Shown here piece after piece: positions 32,466 through 47,037 of a DNA stretch of 64,000 nucleotides. The translations under genes were made by a program, and so were the position numbers. Within the stretch, counting starts at the first letter, position 1. Every line of letters starts with the position of its first letter. The DNA comes from Plasmodiophora brassicae (lineage: Eukaryota), in the NCBI GenBank assembly GCA_036867785.1, contig CP145420.1:186001-250000 (forward strand), in the 5' to 3' direction. The notes under the pieces were generated by a model. The model was given only the letters and a program-made list of their open reading frames with translations, did no database searches and was not told the origin of the DNA.

Positions 32466-35400
32466 ATGATGACCGCGCCGACACGAGCGCCGATGGAGCT
32501 GAGTGAGTTCGAACTGGAGGTTCGGGATCACTTCCAATGGACGCAGATTTACTGCGACCCCATGTGGGCGTTGCCGGCGCCGACGTTTCCGCCGCCGCCA
32601 CCGCCGGCTGTGGCGGACCCGCGCGCGGCAGACGAGCTGAGCGCCTTGCAAACGTATCTGCAGGAGAACGCTGATGCCCTGCAAACGTTCTTCGCCGATC
32701 GGAAGTTTATCGAGAATATGACCGCGCCCTATGAGCGCAGGGATCGCAGCGAAGAGGATCCGGAATGGCTTGAATTACGGCGGGAAGAACAGGAGCACGT
32801 CCGGCGAACTGTTCCAGAGATATACTTCCGGGAGGACTTTGTTCCCGGCACGCTTCTGGATGCATTGGATTGCTCCCGAATCATGGTCCAAGAACAGCTT
32901 GCCGCTCACCTTGACCTTGTCGAGGTGTGTCTTTTGAACCACCTACAGAACCGTACCGAATCTTTCTTCGGCGCAATGCATACCCTCCAGGTACATGTGG
33001 CGCGATTTGCTGGGAGTCCTTTCCAATGAATGTAATCTGGCCCAGGGTCTGTATGTCGAAACCGGCCTGATAAACCGGACGATTCGTCGAGTACGTCGAC
33101 GGCTACGCAGACTGTCCAGAACCGCTGTTCTGCAGTCGTTCGAGATTGTCAGATTGGAACGGCGCCATCGAAGGTTGCGGTGTGTTAGGGAAACGTTGAA
33201 ACAAATATCTCATGCTGTCAAGTATGGACACGGTGATAGTCTGTAAGCGCATGTGCTGAGTGTACTCTGTTCAGTGCTGAGGAGACCATTCACATGTTGC
33301 TTAACACGTCGCAGTTCGGATTGGCTCTAGATCTGATCCAGTCGACCAACAGTATTGTTTCGCAAGGTTAGCAGGGTCATACTCGAGGTGGCATGCTTGC
33401 TGATGTTTATTTCTTTCAGAATCGTTTGCCAATCTTCGCTGTTTGTCTGCACTACCTGTGCAGATGACGAAACTCTTGCAAAGAACCGAGATGCTCATCG
33501 CCGCTGAGTTTGCCCAGGTTTCACTCACAGAAGAGGACGATGACGAATTGGGCTACATTAGAACGTTGCTGGAAGTCTGGCTTCGATTAGATACCTCACC
33601 TTCCGGTCTCGTCGAACCATTTTCCGTTCAGCTTCAGGTGTGCGCCTTCACCATCACAGTGCATTGCGTTTATTGTGTGAACAGGGCGCCATTAAAGACT
33701 GCATATCTGGTCTTCTGTCAGAGCTCCATGAGGGTTCGAAAGACTCTGGTTAGTTGACCTTCTATTAGGGTCCTGCTGTGGCACTGATTTGTGTGTTCGG
33801 GGAAGTTGTTCAGGGGGAACAGAATGGATCAGCAAGGCGCCTTTCAAACATGGACATTGTTGCCTCCATTCCCCATGAAACGTTTGCCGCGTTTGCGGGC
33901 GACCTGTTTCAATCGCTAGACCACCTCGTAAGAAATGATGAGAATTTACCGTTGCGTCTACTGATCATGCTCGTCTAGCTGCGTCGTGCAGACAGAATTC
34001 AGGCCGCCGTACCGGTGCCTTCCGCAGGTTCACCGCACAACGATCTCTTGTCTGATCGGCAAGTACTCTTGCGTCGTCAATTGCAGGCAACTCTCCGGTC
34101 TGCTACTGAGAATGCTCATGGGCGTTGCGCTCGGCTGTTGGGACTTCGCAATCGTATCAACGCCGAATTGGCACTGTCTGAAATCGAGACGATCTTGAAC
34201 CGCGCCTTGCAATTCGTGGTAACCAGCGAGCAGCAATGCGGCACTGCTCTTTATGCTTTGCGGGGCGTTCTTGCCTTGCAAGCGAAGGAGTTCGCCATTG
34301 CCGAGCATGCGAAATCGGTACAAAGGATTCGCGTTGCATTGGACTCGGAAGTTTGGGACAACGTGCTTGCTCCTCGCTCAACTCAAAGAATGATCGATCG
34401 GAAGTTTATTGGGGCATTCCAAGACATGTCACGCCGAGTGACAGAGCAACTACCACTCGGGGGAGCGAAATCGTGGCGCCTGCCCCATTGGACGAATGAT
34501 TCCACCTCAAGCTCGTCAGGCGACGAGGTCGACAACGATTCGAAGCCTGATGACGCTTCTAGTAACGGTAATTACCGTCAACAGTCGACACCGCTCGCGT
34601 AAGCCAACGTTAAGGCCTCTCTACCTGCGATGTAACACTTGATAGGGGTGTTCCGTACTTGACTGTCCAGGACGAACGTTTCCGGGTGGTGCAGGCTGCG
34701 GTTGTTCTTCTTGACCTGCTGCACAGCACGTTGTGCATTGGGTACACGTTGCCTCAGGTTCGTGTCGCTGACCCTGACTCGTCTCGACTTGACTAACTCG
34801 CACTCGCAGGAGTTAGTCCCAACCGACTTGCTTGCTGTTCATATTTGCACTCTGTTGCGACAATATAATTCGCGGTCGTGTCAGCTTGTCCTGGCGGCTG
34901 GTGCTCTGACGCTGCCGGAGCCGAAGCTAAAGCGAATAACGGCGAAGCATTTGTGTTCGTTGCTCGAACTGCTGTACGATCCGAACATCATTATTTATGG
35001 GGATTTGTACTAGGTCTTTCATCTCAGTCTCTGGGACTTCTCCTGGCTCTTCTCCCGCTCTTCCGGCTCGCCATCAGCTCCATCCCGCATGCAAGCTCGT
35101 CCAACGATCATGCACCAGGACGAGGACGGGCTCAAGTGATGCTCTCGCAGCTTGATCAGGTTATTAACTTGCTTGGGTCGCCGCACTGGTTCGACTGATT
35201 GCTGTTCAGATCGGAAAGGACATGGACGCACATCGTTCCGAGATATTCGCCAAGCTGGTGACCATCATGGGGGACGTCACACAAAACACTTGCAGGATCC
35301 TTCTTCGGCAGTACAGCCGGAAAGGTTCACAAGCAACGTCGCCCACCGCAAGGGACGTGTCAGTCAGCGACGAACCTGATTCGTGCGTGGCCGAACTGAT

Positions 35401-35763
35401 GAAGCAGGTCGGATGCGTTCACCGAACTGTGGCCTCTGTCTGAATATTCGTTGCCCTCAGGTTCGTGTCCTCCACCGCGTGGTCTCTGGAATCCTCTCCC
35501 CGCGGCAGTACGACCGCGTCTTCTCAGAGATAGCCGAACAGATCGGCACCCAGCTGTCCACGTGCATCTCGAAGTTGTCTGCCGACACGAACCCTGAGTC
35601 GATGGCGCGACGCAATTTCCGCTACGTTCGCGCCCAACTTCGCAGCCTGAACGTTGCCGTCGACCACGTCAGCGTGCTCATCGACGACGGCGCCGTCTTG
35701 TTCTCCATTCCGACGTCCACTCCTCTCGTCGATCAGGAACTGTCGGCATCATCCGACAGATGA
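32466..35763 (+). CDS. VPS54: GARP complex subunit Vps54, multi-exon
   Basis: VPEIYFREDF, QEQLAAHLDLVEVCL...ESFFGAMHTLQ, SEVWDNV, LRQYNSRSCQLVLAAGA...LKRITAKHL, HRSEIFAKLVTIM. Confidence 0.9.
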
Positions 35764-36213
35764 CGAGCACGTGTTCGACGTCCCTATCTACCATTAATTA
35801 TATTGACGTTTCTGTAAATGCTGTCAGCTGTCACCCAGGACCTGGGATCGCCTCATCGCCAGCAGTCATGCTGCTGACATTTCCGGCGATGCTGGGCTTC
35901 TCACACGTGACCGTCCGGCAGCGACATCAAGCGAACGGCGTTGAACGTGACTGCATACAGCACGAGGAAGGTGCAGCAGCAGTGCGCGCACTGCGCTGAA
36001 CGTGACTGCGTTCGATGTGAGGAGGCGGGTGCAGCACCACTTTGCGAACTGCGCTGAGCGTGACTGCATACGGCACGTGAGGACGGTCGATGAATAAGTC
36101 GGCAGTCGGTCCGTTCAGACGGAGAGGTTGAACAGGGCCACGGGGTTGCGTCGTGGCGACTGCTCGGCGACCCCGTCAGAGAGAGAGAGAGCAGGGGACC
36201 GCGTACGGACGGC

Positions 36214-38593
36214 ATGCCGCGCGTCGCTGAAGGACGCCGTCAGCCACCCCAGGGCATCCTGAAGCGGTCGGCGCTGCAGAGCCCGGAGAAGCGCGTCCGA
36301 TTCGATGTCGAGCCGTTGCCGTCGGAAGCGCCGGACGCGCCCCCAACGCAGACGCAGATCAAGCGGACCCAGGCGGCCGCCATGCGACGTCGTCGTCGTG
36401 CGCGGCTGATGGCGATGCAGGACCCGGAATACGTCGCGCTGCGTGAGGCGGCGCTCGCCAAGGACCCTGCGGACACCAATGTCGTCGTTAGCCCATCCGC
36501 CCTGGTGCGACCGCGGCCCACCGGCACTCCGAAAAGTCGCGCCCGACGTTTGCAACAGATGGCTGCTGCCAAGGAGGTGTCCAGCACCGAGACAACGCGT
36601 CGGAACCTGTTTCATTCGGTGTCGCATGACAACAACAACGACGACCTACGTGCGCGTTGCATTGCCTTGCTAGAGATGTCTCGCGAGGCGGCTCTGCCAG
36701 ATGATGACGTCGATGATGCAGAAGAACAACCTGGCAACGGTGTCCATAGCAGTCCAGCCGAGCGCGTCGCTGACAGTGATGCTGCTGAACCAAACCGCCT
36801 GGCTGCAGTCGATGCTCTCTGTTCATCAGCGACAGTGAGCCTCGGTATGGTCGCAGCTACTACTGATGAGGACGACACGCACGGTGACTTTGTCGATATG
36901 ATTATGGACACCGACAGCGGCGATGAACGTCAGGGGCCTGATGATGCTGCTTCCAATCCCAACTACTGTGAAAGCATTGAGCCCACTGATCGGATGGCGG
37001 TTGAAGCGTCAGGCGATACGGCTGTCGAGATCGACAGTGTCGTTAAAGACATGCGACCTGACGATGCTGCCAACGATGATCACGCCAAGGCTCCCTGCGA
37101 TCTGGAACCGTTGAGGTCGGACGATACCACCATGGCGATTGAGGCGTCTGGAGATATCACCGTTGCTGGGTCTGGCCGCGATGATTCCGCTGCGAGTGTC
37201 ACGGTCGCCGGGGATGGCGTTGTAACGGATCGACGACAGTCCGTTCTGATGGGACCCGAAGACACGCTGGCTGTTGATGACGTTACGAAACCGGACGACA
37301 GAGGCGCCCATCCGACGTGTGCTGCTGTGCAATCACTGAGTGGCAATGCTGTTGATGGCAGGAGCGAGGTCGACAGCGTGGGCGTCGAGGACGAAGGCGC
37401 ACCAGCCGGGTGCACGGGTGTCGAGGATCGTGACGATACGGATCTGGATAGGCAAGGGAACCTTGACGACGACCAGGACAACGCGCCCGATTACGACGTA
37501 TCTTCGCAAGCTGGTGCCCGGGTCGGTTCCGTTGGCGCGTCGCACGACGGTATCACAGGCCAGGACCCGGTCGGCGCTTTCACCGGCCAGTTTAAAGCCC
37601 TGTCGCCCGAGGATCAACAACTCGCTATGAAAGCATGCATGGCGATTCTCAGTTCCCGTCATGAGAAATCTGCCCAAGCTGTTAAACCGGCGCGCGAACT
37701 TCGGTCGCCCCTGTGGCTTCCTCGCAGTGATGGGGAGAACGAAGGTACGTTTGGTCGTGTGATTTATACTGGCCCGCTCCTGGTAATGACTCTGTACGTG
37801 GTTCTAGGGATCTGGTGCCTAGATGGCGCTTTCAACGATGACGATGAGACTGCAGTTGAGCGTATCGTCGCCGTCAGAATGGATGAGAGCGGCGCTCAAT
37901 TCCGGATACGATGGTATTGATCAGGATTGAATCGCGTACGACTGTGCGTTCATGTCATCGTCTAGGGAGGGATATGCGTCCGATCACGATTCCTGGGTCC
38001 CCGAGGACGGCATTACCGCCGGTCTCGATGCAATGCTCAAAACGTTCAACGCGTCATCGAGCAGTCGTGTCCAGCTGAAGGTCTCTCCTGCTCCGGTACA
38101 ACAACGCATTGTCGTGTGCGTCCGCCAGCCAGCTCAGCTAAGGTCCCGCTGTTCAGAAACCGAAAGCGGCGCCGTCCATATCGCTCGATGCAGGCCAAGT
38201 CGTCGGCGTGCTTGCCAACGACGAGGAAGCGGTCGCCGGCGATCGTTTCTGGCTGTTTGAGCTGACCAAGCCGTACGTGGGATCGCTGAGCGATACGCGC
38301 GTGAACATCGAGGTACGGAACGGATTCCCCTGATTTGATGTCGGTCACGCGCCGAATCCGCATCTGTGTAGGGGTTCTACCTCACTCGGGACACCAGGGA
38401 CGACGCGCGCACGCTGTACAGGAGGCGGCGGACGCGAAAGACGACCAACAAGATATCAATGGAGAACGTTCTCTGCGACCGGGCCGGCCGCATCATCTTC
38501 CCGACGGTCGCGCCGGCCTCCAAACACAGCCGCCGCCTGGATCGCCGAGACTTCCGGGCGCTCCAGGCCTCGGCGAACGTCGCTCTTCGCTGA
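36214..38593 (+). CDS. Chromodomain protein with long acidic disordered N-terminus
   Basis: Chromodomain VERIVAVRMDESGAQFRIRW/EGYASDHDSWVPEDGI split by an intron. Further exons run to TGA at 38591-38593. Confidence 0.65.
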
Positions 38594-38742
38594 TTGGCTG
38601 CCCGGCGCGATCCCGCCCACTGTACCATAAACTATTCGCCTGTCCGAGCCGCACGTTCGCGCCTTCCTCGTCTGCTTCGTCAGCGGTAAATCGGTGCCGG
38701 GAGCGCCGCCGGGTTCAGTGCGCGCGGCCTGCGTCTCCTGTC

Positions 38743-40170
38743 ATGGTGGTCGCCGACCTAGACGCGTTCCTCGAGGCGCTGCGCGCCGGCAAGCTGCTGT
38801 CGGAGGCGGCGTGCGTGTTCGTCTGCGAGAAGGTCGTTCGTCGTCGCCCGTCAGGGTCGTTCGCAGCGCTATCGATGACGTTCGCCGGCGTGTAGGCGAC
38901 CGAGGTGCTGGTGCTCGAGGACAACATCCATCAGGTATCCACGCCTGTTACCCTCGTACGTGGCTGCCCGGCACGCAACGAGGCGGTTCTGCTCGTTGAA
39001 CGTCGTCTGCTGTACAGGTCGGTGACGTCCATGGGCAGCTGCACGACGTGTTCGAACTGTTTCGTGTCGGCGGCGACGCGCCCGGAACGAACTACCTGTT
39101 CCTGGGCGATTACGTCGACAGAGGTCTGGGCATGGCGTCCGGCGAATGCAACGGCTCTGACTATGGTTCAGGGCAGTATTCGGTGCCGACGATCACACTG
39201 CTGGCGTGCCTGAAGGCGCGGTGGCCGGACCGGGTCACGCTGCTGAGAGGCAATCACGAGTCGCGCCAGATCACGCAGGTCTATGGGTTCTATGTCGAGT
39301 GCCAGAGCCGGTACGGGGATGAGGCCGGTGCTCGTGTCTGGCAGGCTGTAAGGTTCTGGGCGTTTGCCGGTGTGGCGTGTCCTTCTGAGACCCCGCTGTG
39401 ATCTAGTTCACGAATATGTTCGACTATTTGCCGATCGCGTCGACCATCGATGGAAAGATCTTCTGCACGCACGGTTCGTGGCAGGACGTTGTGGGGAGCG
39501 CCCCCTCCCCCTGTTAATTCGATCCTAGGTGGACTGTCACCGACGCTGCGCAGCGTCAACCAGATTCGCATGATACAGCGGTTCCAGGAGGTTCCACCAG
39601 AAGGCGCCCTGGCAGATCTGATGTGGTTAGGGACTTGGTTCGATTGCGAGCGACCCCGATCCTATTGAAATATTCGTTTAGGTCTGACCCTGACACTCGC
39701 GGTGCCGGTTTCCGATTGTCGTCCCGAGGAGCGGGTGAGCGATTGCGTTATGATATCTCAGTTTTCCAGCTGACCCCACTGCTGTTAGGCTACCTGTTCG
39801 GTGAAGACATCTTCAACAAATTCATCCACCTGAATGGGTTCGACTACATGGTGCGAGCGCACCAGCTGTGCATGGAAGGGTACCAGGAACTGTTCCAGAA
39901 CAGGTTCTGCACCGTCTGGAGTGCTCCGAATTGTACGCTGCGTTCTGGGTCTGCCCGAGAGTACGGTCGCTCACTGAACGGCATGTCGGGTCAGATTGTT
40001 TTCGCGCTGGCAACAAGGCATCGATTCTCACCATCGACTCGAACCACGACAGGCACTTCGCCGTGTATGATGCGTGCCCATCAGAGCGGCGAATCCCGAT
40101 TCAGGGCGGCGCTGATGGCAACGCTGGTGCCCAAGGAGGTTCCCACATCGTCCCCGACTACTTCCTCTGA
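38743..40170 (+). CDS. PP2A-subfamily Ser/Thr phosphatase catalytic subunit (PP4/PP6/Ppg1-like)
   Basis: [49 protein letters not shown], and C-terminal DYFL*. Confidence 0.93.
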
Positions 40171-40220
40171 CATTTCTAATGTATTGCTACCATCGTACTA
40201 ATACCGCGAAACTGGCCCTG

Positions 40221-42141
<1,921 letters not shown>

Positions 42142-42379
42142 GACGCTCCCCACAAGGTCCCACTGACGCAGCAGCAAAAACGAAATGGCGACCCAACCTC
42201 GAACTACTCTGCCTGCTGAGTGCTGCCGTCCTCTTCTGTCAGTCGTCACGCCTCACAGGGCACAGAAAAAAAATAGGAACAGTCGCGGTTCCATTGCAGT
42301 TAGCTGCAGCGGGCGGTGACTCTGACACGTCGGAGACGGCTCCGACGTGGCCCCAGCCAGCCCGCCGTCCTCGTGAGGG

Positions 42380-43256
42380 TTACCCGTGGTTGACGTCGTT
42401 GCCCGTCCGATGGACGGCAGCTTTGAACGACTCGTAGAGCGGGAAGAATGTGCTGCATACGAAGAACCACCAGGCGGATCGTGGCAGGACGCCGGAGAAC
42501 AGAGCGCGTTCCTTGTAGGCGCGCATCCAGACGGCCCAGGTCGACGGAGGAGGGTGCTCTGTGGACGTCATGATCCGGGTCTTGACAACGTCGGCAGGGG
42601 TCGTGATAGCGGCGGCGAGCGCGCCGGACACGCCTCCGGATAGGATTTGCATCACTGGTTCAGAGCGGCCGGAAACGTGTCTCGCCATGTCGTACGTTGT
42701 GAACAGGATTACCATGAACGGGATGTCTCTGAGTTCTGTTGCCACCCCACCTCGGAACAAGCCAATCAGGCCGATGTCTCGGACGGCATGGAACGTGTTC
42801 GAGTATCGGCCTGATTGCATATTCTGGGTCAGAACCTCCCTTGGAATTTTGACGATGGTGGATGCGAGGTCGCCGGCAACGGCTGACAGCGCAACCGGAA
42901 TGTCGAAGTTGTCACGGGCAACCTCATACGTCCCGAATCGTAGACCGCCTTGAGGACCAGCCCCAGGATTGACACTAGAAACCCGCGTGTTAACGGCGAT
43001 GCACTGCTGCGAGGGACTGCTTTAAGATTCTCCGATTGGATTCGTGTACGCAACGTGTCCAGTGGATGCACGATGGCGAACGAAATCATAAGCGCCAGTG
43101 CGCCTGCTGTGAAGTCCCCTACGAAGCAGCCGGATCATATCAGGTCTCGTTCTATCCATCACCGTGATCCTGACCAGCGAATTTCGTCGTCACCGGCCCC
43201 GGTGGCGAGTTTGGGGGCTGGTCGCTACCGGCAACAGCCAGCCATGTTGTTGCCAT
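42380..43256 (-). CDS. Mitochondrial carrier family protein (SAM-carrier-like)
   Basis: PX[DE]XX[KR] repeats HPLDTLRTRIQ, IPREVL..RMQ and TPADVVKTRIM, plus LRDIPF. Confidence 0.85.
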
Positions 43257-43538
43257 GATAACTGTGGCCACGTTCATGAACGTCATAATTTGAGACCAGC
43301 TGGGAAACGTGATGGTAAGGATGTGCAGTATGCAGACTGGGCCTCCCGTCGCCAAGCAGGTGCAGTTCACACGGGGGGCGCGGTAGTGTGCGGACTTTAG
43401 GTCTTTCCAAGTTCACTGCGCGTGGTGAGTGGTGACCCTCCTGAACCTGCCACGAACGCTGTTGCAGTAGCATAGTTCGCGGATCTACTGGAGCAAAAGG
43501 ACAAATATCTCCATGCAAATGGTATCTTTGACAGCACC

Positions 43539-45343
43539 ATGATTAGTAATGTGGTGGCTGAGGTCGCTCATTCAGCGGTGTTTACGCGGGTGGGGCCGTT
43601 CACCCTATTGCTGTTGGGGGCGTTGGTGACCACTGCCGCCGGGACAACGAAAACGATATACGCTGTTGTGCCCGACGGCGCACCCGCGTTCGTAATGCAG
43701 TGCGATGCGGGAACGTACATTAGCAGCGTTACGTTCGCATCCTGGGGAACTCCAATTGGTCAGTCGCCACCGTTCCAAGTCTCGTCTTCGTGTGCGTACA
43801 AGAACAGCGTGGCCGTCGTCCAGTCGTCATGCCAGTACCAGACAGGTTGCACTCTGCAGGCGACGTCGGCGTTCTTTGGGAGCGACCCTTGCCCAGGAAC
43901 AGCCAAATCGCTAGCTGTGGAAATGACGTGCAGTATAACCCCTCCGCAGACGTCCTGTACTGGCGGCGTTCGGGTCGACGGGCGCTGTGGGTCAGCAGCG
44001 TTCGGTTGGGCGAATTGCGCCTTTGGACAATGTTGCAGTCCAACGAACTGGTATTTGCAAGCATAGCATGTGCTCAATATTTGAAAATGACGACCGCCGC
44101 GTGTAGGTGTGGTACCACTATGGAATTGTTAAAAACAGAGAATGGCTGGTTGAGTGTAAAATACATGTATTTTACACGTAAAAAACATGTTTAAAACAGC
44201 AGGGGGCTGCGCCCCCTCGCAGTACGCCTTCATACCATGGTCACGGTCCTGACAACCTGACCAGATTCGATGACCTCTTCGTCACCAACGGGGTACAAAT
44301 GTGTGTCCGAAATCGCCTCGGGAAGTGTGCCTGCCTCGAAATGCCAACGAACCCTGCGAACCCCAGTCGCTTCGGTCCTATCGCGGCCAGCAGGCTATTT
44401 ACGAACAATCAACCACAACGACATGAGACAAGACGACGACGACGACGCGCACGCGAATGGCTCCTGGACGGCGGAGGTGTATCCGCGGATCGGGAAACCG
44501 TTACGTTACCTGTATTTTACAGTGTAAAGTTGGTTCCCGAGAGGTGTAATTTACATGTAAAAAACAGGCTTGTAAAAAACACCCCTTTATTACAACAATT
44601 CCATAGGTACCACGCCACAACACTGTGCCGTCCCGATTTGCACGCCAGCGACCAGTGCCCCAACAACGACAATGACGTGGGCACCAACGACAACAACGAC
44701 GACGAACCCGCCGTTGCCGTCAACAAGGCGTATTTCAACTCGACCATCCGCAAGAAGCAAACGGACGTCGACGCACTCTGCCACGCGATTCAAAAGTCGG
44801 CCTCCTCTTAGGAGATCGTCAGCCAAGTTAACACGCCCGGCACCTCTGACGAAAGTACCACATCCCACGACGCCTGCCACGATTGTAAAGACGACACCAG
44901 GTGCTCCAGTGAGAAGGTCGCCTTCGGCAAATCCTCGGGACAAGTTCACGTCGATGTCACTGGCGAAAACGCCGGCGTTGACAGCATATAAGCCAAGGTC
45001 GTCTCCAGTTGGGAGCCCGTATACGTGGCTCATCGTTCCTGGCGTCTCGGGTGGCGCTGCGTCATCTTCAACCGCTACCCATGCGACATTGCCCAGCTCG
45101 TCCTTTGTCATCTGGGGCACACTCAGCGTCCTGTTCGTGCTGGTGATAGCGGCCGCCCTATACTTGTTAAGCACGTTCGCGCCAAGACAACAAAGTTCGC
45201 CTCCAGGTCGTTCACCGCTGTACCAAGCGCCCGAACGCAGACCGGACCCCCTGTCTAGTCCAGTCGATACGCTTGACACGTTCCAGCACGGCGAGGCGGT
45301 CTACGTCGGCAGGCTGCAACAAAGACAACCGCCCGCTTTGTAA
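43539..45343 (+). pseudogene. SUEL/galactose-binding lectin + hevein (CBM18) chitin-binding + Ser/Thr stalk + TM protein, interrupted by a MITE
   Basis: Lectin motifs ISSVTFASWGTPIG...C...FFGSDPCPGTAKSLAVEMTC. Hevein motif DGRCG...CAFGQCCSPTNW|CGTT..HC. Removing the intron and the MITE plus one TSD restores the frame into ORF 44672-45343, which contains a TM helix. Confidence 0.85.
44119..44605. mobile_element. MITE, TIR TATGGAATTGTT, 8-bp TSD GGTACCAC
   Basis: Perfect 12-bp TIR. GGTACCAC at 44111-44118 and 44606-44613. Confidence 0.95.
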
Positions 45344-45380
45344 TAGTAAACATAAGGTCGACAGGCGACATTCAGTCTCG

Positions 45381-46178
45381 TTACAGACGTGGAGATGAAG
45401 GAGGCGGCCGTTGGGGGACGGGGCGCTGAGGGACAGGTCTGGACGGTGGCACGCGCTGCGCCATGCCAGCATTCTCGATGAACTTTACGCGGGCAGGCTC
45501 TGGGGACGCGTCCATCTTATTGTTTGCAGCGTGTAACATTGTCAGGGTCGATGACCGCTGCCGGCGAACGTACACGATAGCAGCAAGAGCGACGGCGGCG
45601 ACACCAAACAGGGTCCCAACGACGACGCCTGCTGTTGCCCCTGGTGACAGTGTCGTCGTCGTTGAGGCCGGCGCAGCGACTTGAGTGGACGGACGCATCG
45701 GCGTCAGCAATGACACGTTAGCAACAGCGACATCGATGCAGTTGACCCAGAACGATCCAGCGGCAATCCACTGCCACTTCAGGACGGCGTGCGACGTCGC
45801 CTGCATCGTGTCGGGCACGTTCACGACATAGTTGTCCTGGTTGCAATTCGTCATGTCGAGCACCTTTGCGAACGCGCCGTAGGTCTCATTCGTGCTGATG
45901 AAGAGCGCGCAGATCCCGCCGTGCTTCGCATCGAACCTGGTTTGCATCACGAACCACTGCCCTGGCACGATGGTTGTCGTCGGGGGCCGCGGTTGGCCCG
46001 CGCGACAAGGGTAATCGGGTACGTAGGTCGGCGGTGCACTCGACACCGGATTCGAAAGACCCGTTAAGCCAGCCGCCTGGTCCCGCGTCATTGGCGATGC
46101 AATGTAGGCATGGCCGGACACCAGCGCCGGGAAGGCTCCTCCTGAAAACAACAGCAGGGCCATGACCCCACCCATCAT
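45381..46178 (-). CDS. LPMO-like (His-brace, AA11-like) protein with C-terminal TM anchor
   Basis: Signal peptide ending VSG|HAYIASP, second His in AKHGGIC, AVLKWQW...WVNCIDV, then TM GVVVGTLFGVAAVALAAIVYV followed by RRQR. Confidence 0.7.
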   Translation of the reverse strand: MMGGVMALLLFSGGAFPALVSGHAYIASPMTRDQAAGLTGLSNPVSSAPPTYVPDYPCRAGQPRPPTTTIVPGQWFVMQTRFDAKHGGICALFISTNETYGAFAKVLDMTNCNQDNYVVNVPDTMQATSHAVLKWQWIAAGSFWVNCIDVAVANVSLLTPMRPSTQVAAPASTTTTLSPGATAGVVVGTLFGVAAVALAAIVYVRRQRSSTLTMLHAANNKMDASPEPARVKFIENAGMAQRVPPSRPVPQRPVPQRPPPSSPRL

Positions 46179-47037
46179 CGATTGCGACGGTGCACCCGAC
46201 AACCTTCTCCCCGAATCCCGGCGGTACGCTTGATATTTGATATCGACCCATCCGCATTCGTTGAAACGCATGCATGGCAGACGCCATCGATTCTTGAAGT
46301 TCCTACCATGCTCAGCAGTACCCTGGCCTGTATCAACAGTGGCAACGGACAGGAACGGTGCGAAGGCGGTGCAACGTGTAGCGATTAGAATGGCCACTCG
46401 AAGCGACTTGGTTTGCAACAACCATTTAGATACCTTGCAAACGTTCTGGTGATTACTGCAGACGTAGCTATAATTATATAATGGCCATCGAGGCGTTGTC
46501 GTTGAGCATCGCGACGGCGTCGGGCAGCTCCTGTTCAGCGGCCAGATCCAGAGCGACCCGCAGCCGGTCGATGCCGGGCTCGATCAGGAGCACCCGGACG
46601 CCGCCGCCAAGGGGCAACGCGGTGCTCAAGAACGCCTGAACGTTGCGATCGTAGCGCTGGCGTTCAGGCGGGCGCGGCGCTCGGGCGTGAGGTAGTCGTC
46701 CGGGCGGTAGAGGTCGTCCCGGCCACGCGTCTATCCTCCCAACATCGGAACTTGCCTGTCATACGTAATGAGTAAGAAGAGGTCGCGTCGACCTGATCTG
46801 CGTCGCCGCATTACAGACCCTCGCGCGTAAGGCGGTTCAGGCAGGATGCCCCTGGACCCATGCTCGTCCGCCTTGCCCGAAACGTACCGCATGACTAATA
46901 TGGTGGGCCCGAGGCGAACTTCTATCCCGCATGACTAAATATGGGCCCGAACGAGTGTCGGTGAACAGTGGCGGACGAGGGGCCCGGGTATTCGAGGCGA
47001 GAGACCTCGGCCGTTGCCGTCCATTGCCCGAACAGAG

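Noticed and set aside
46470-46740. Protein-like minus-strand fragment (QAFLSTALPLGGGVRVLLIEPGIDRL...)
   Set aside because: No start and apparent frameshifts. Possibly a gene relic but unassignable.
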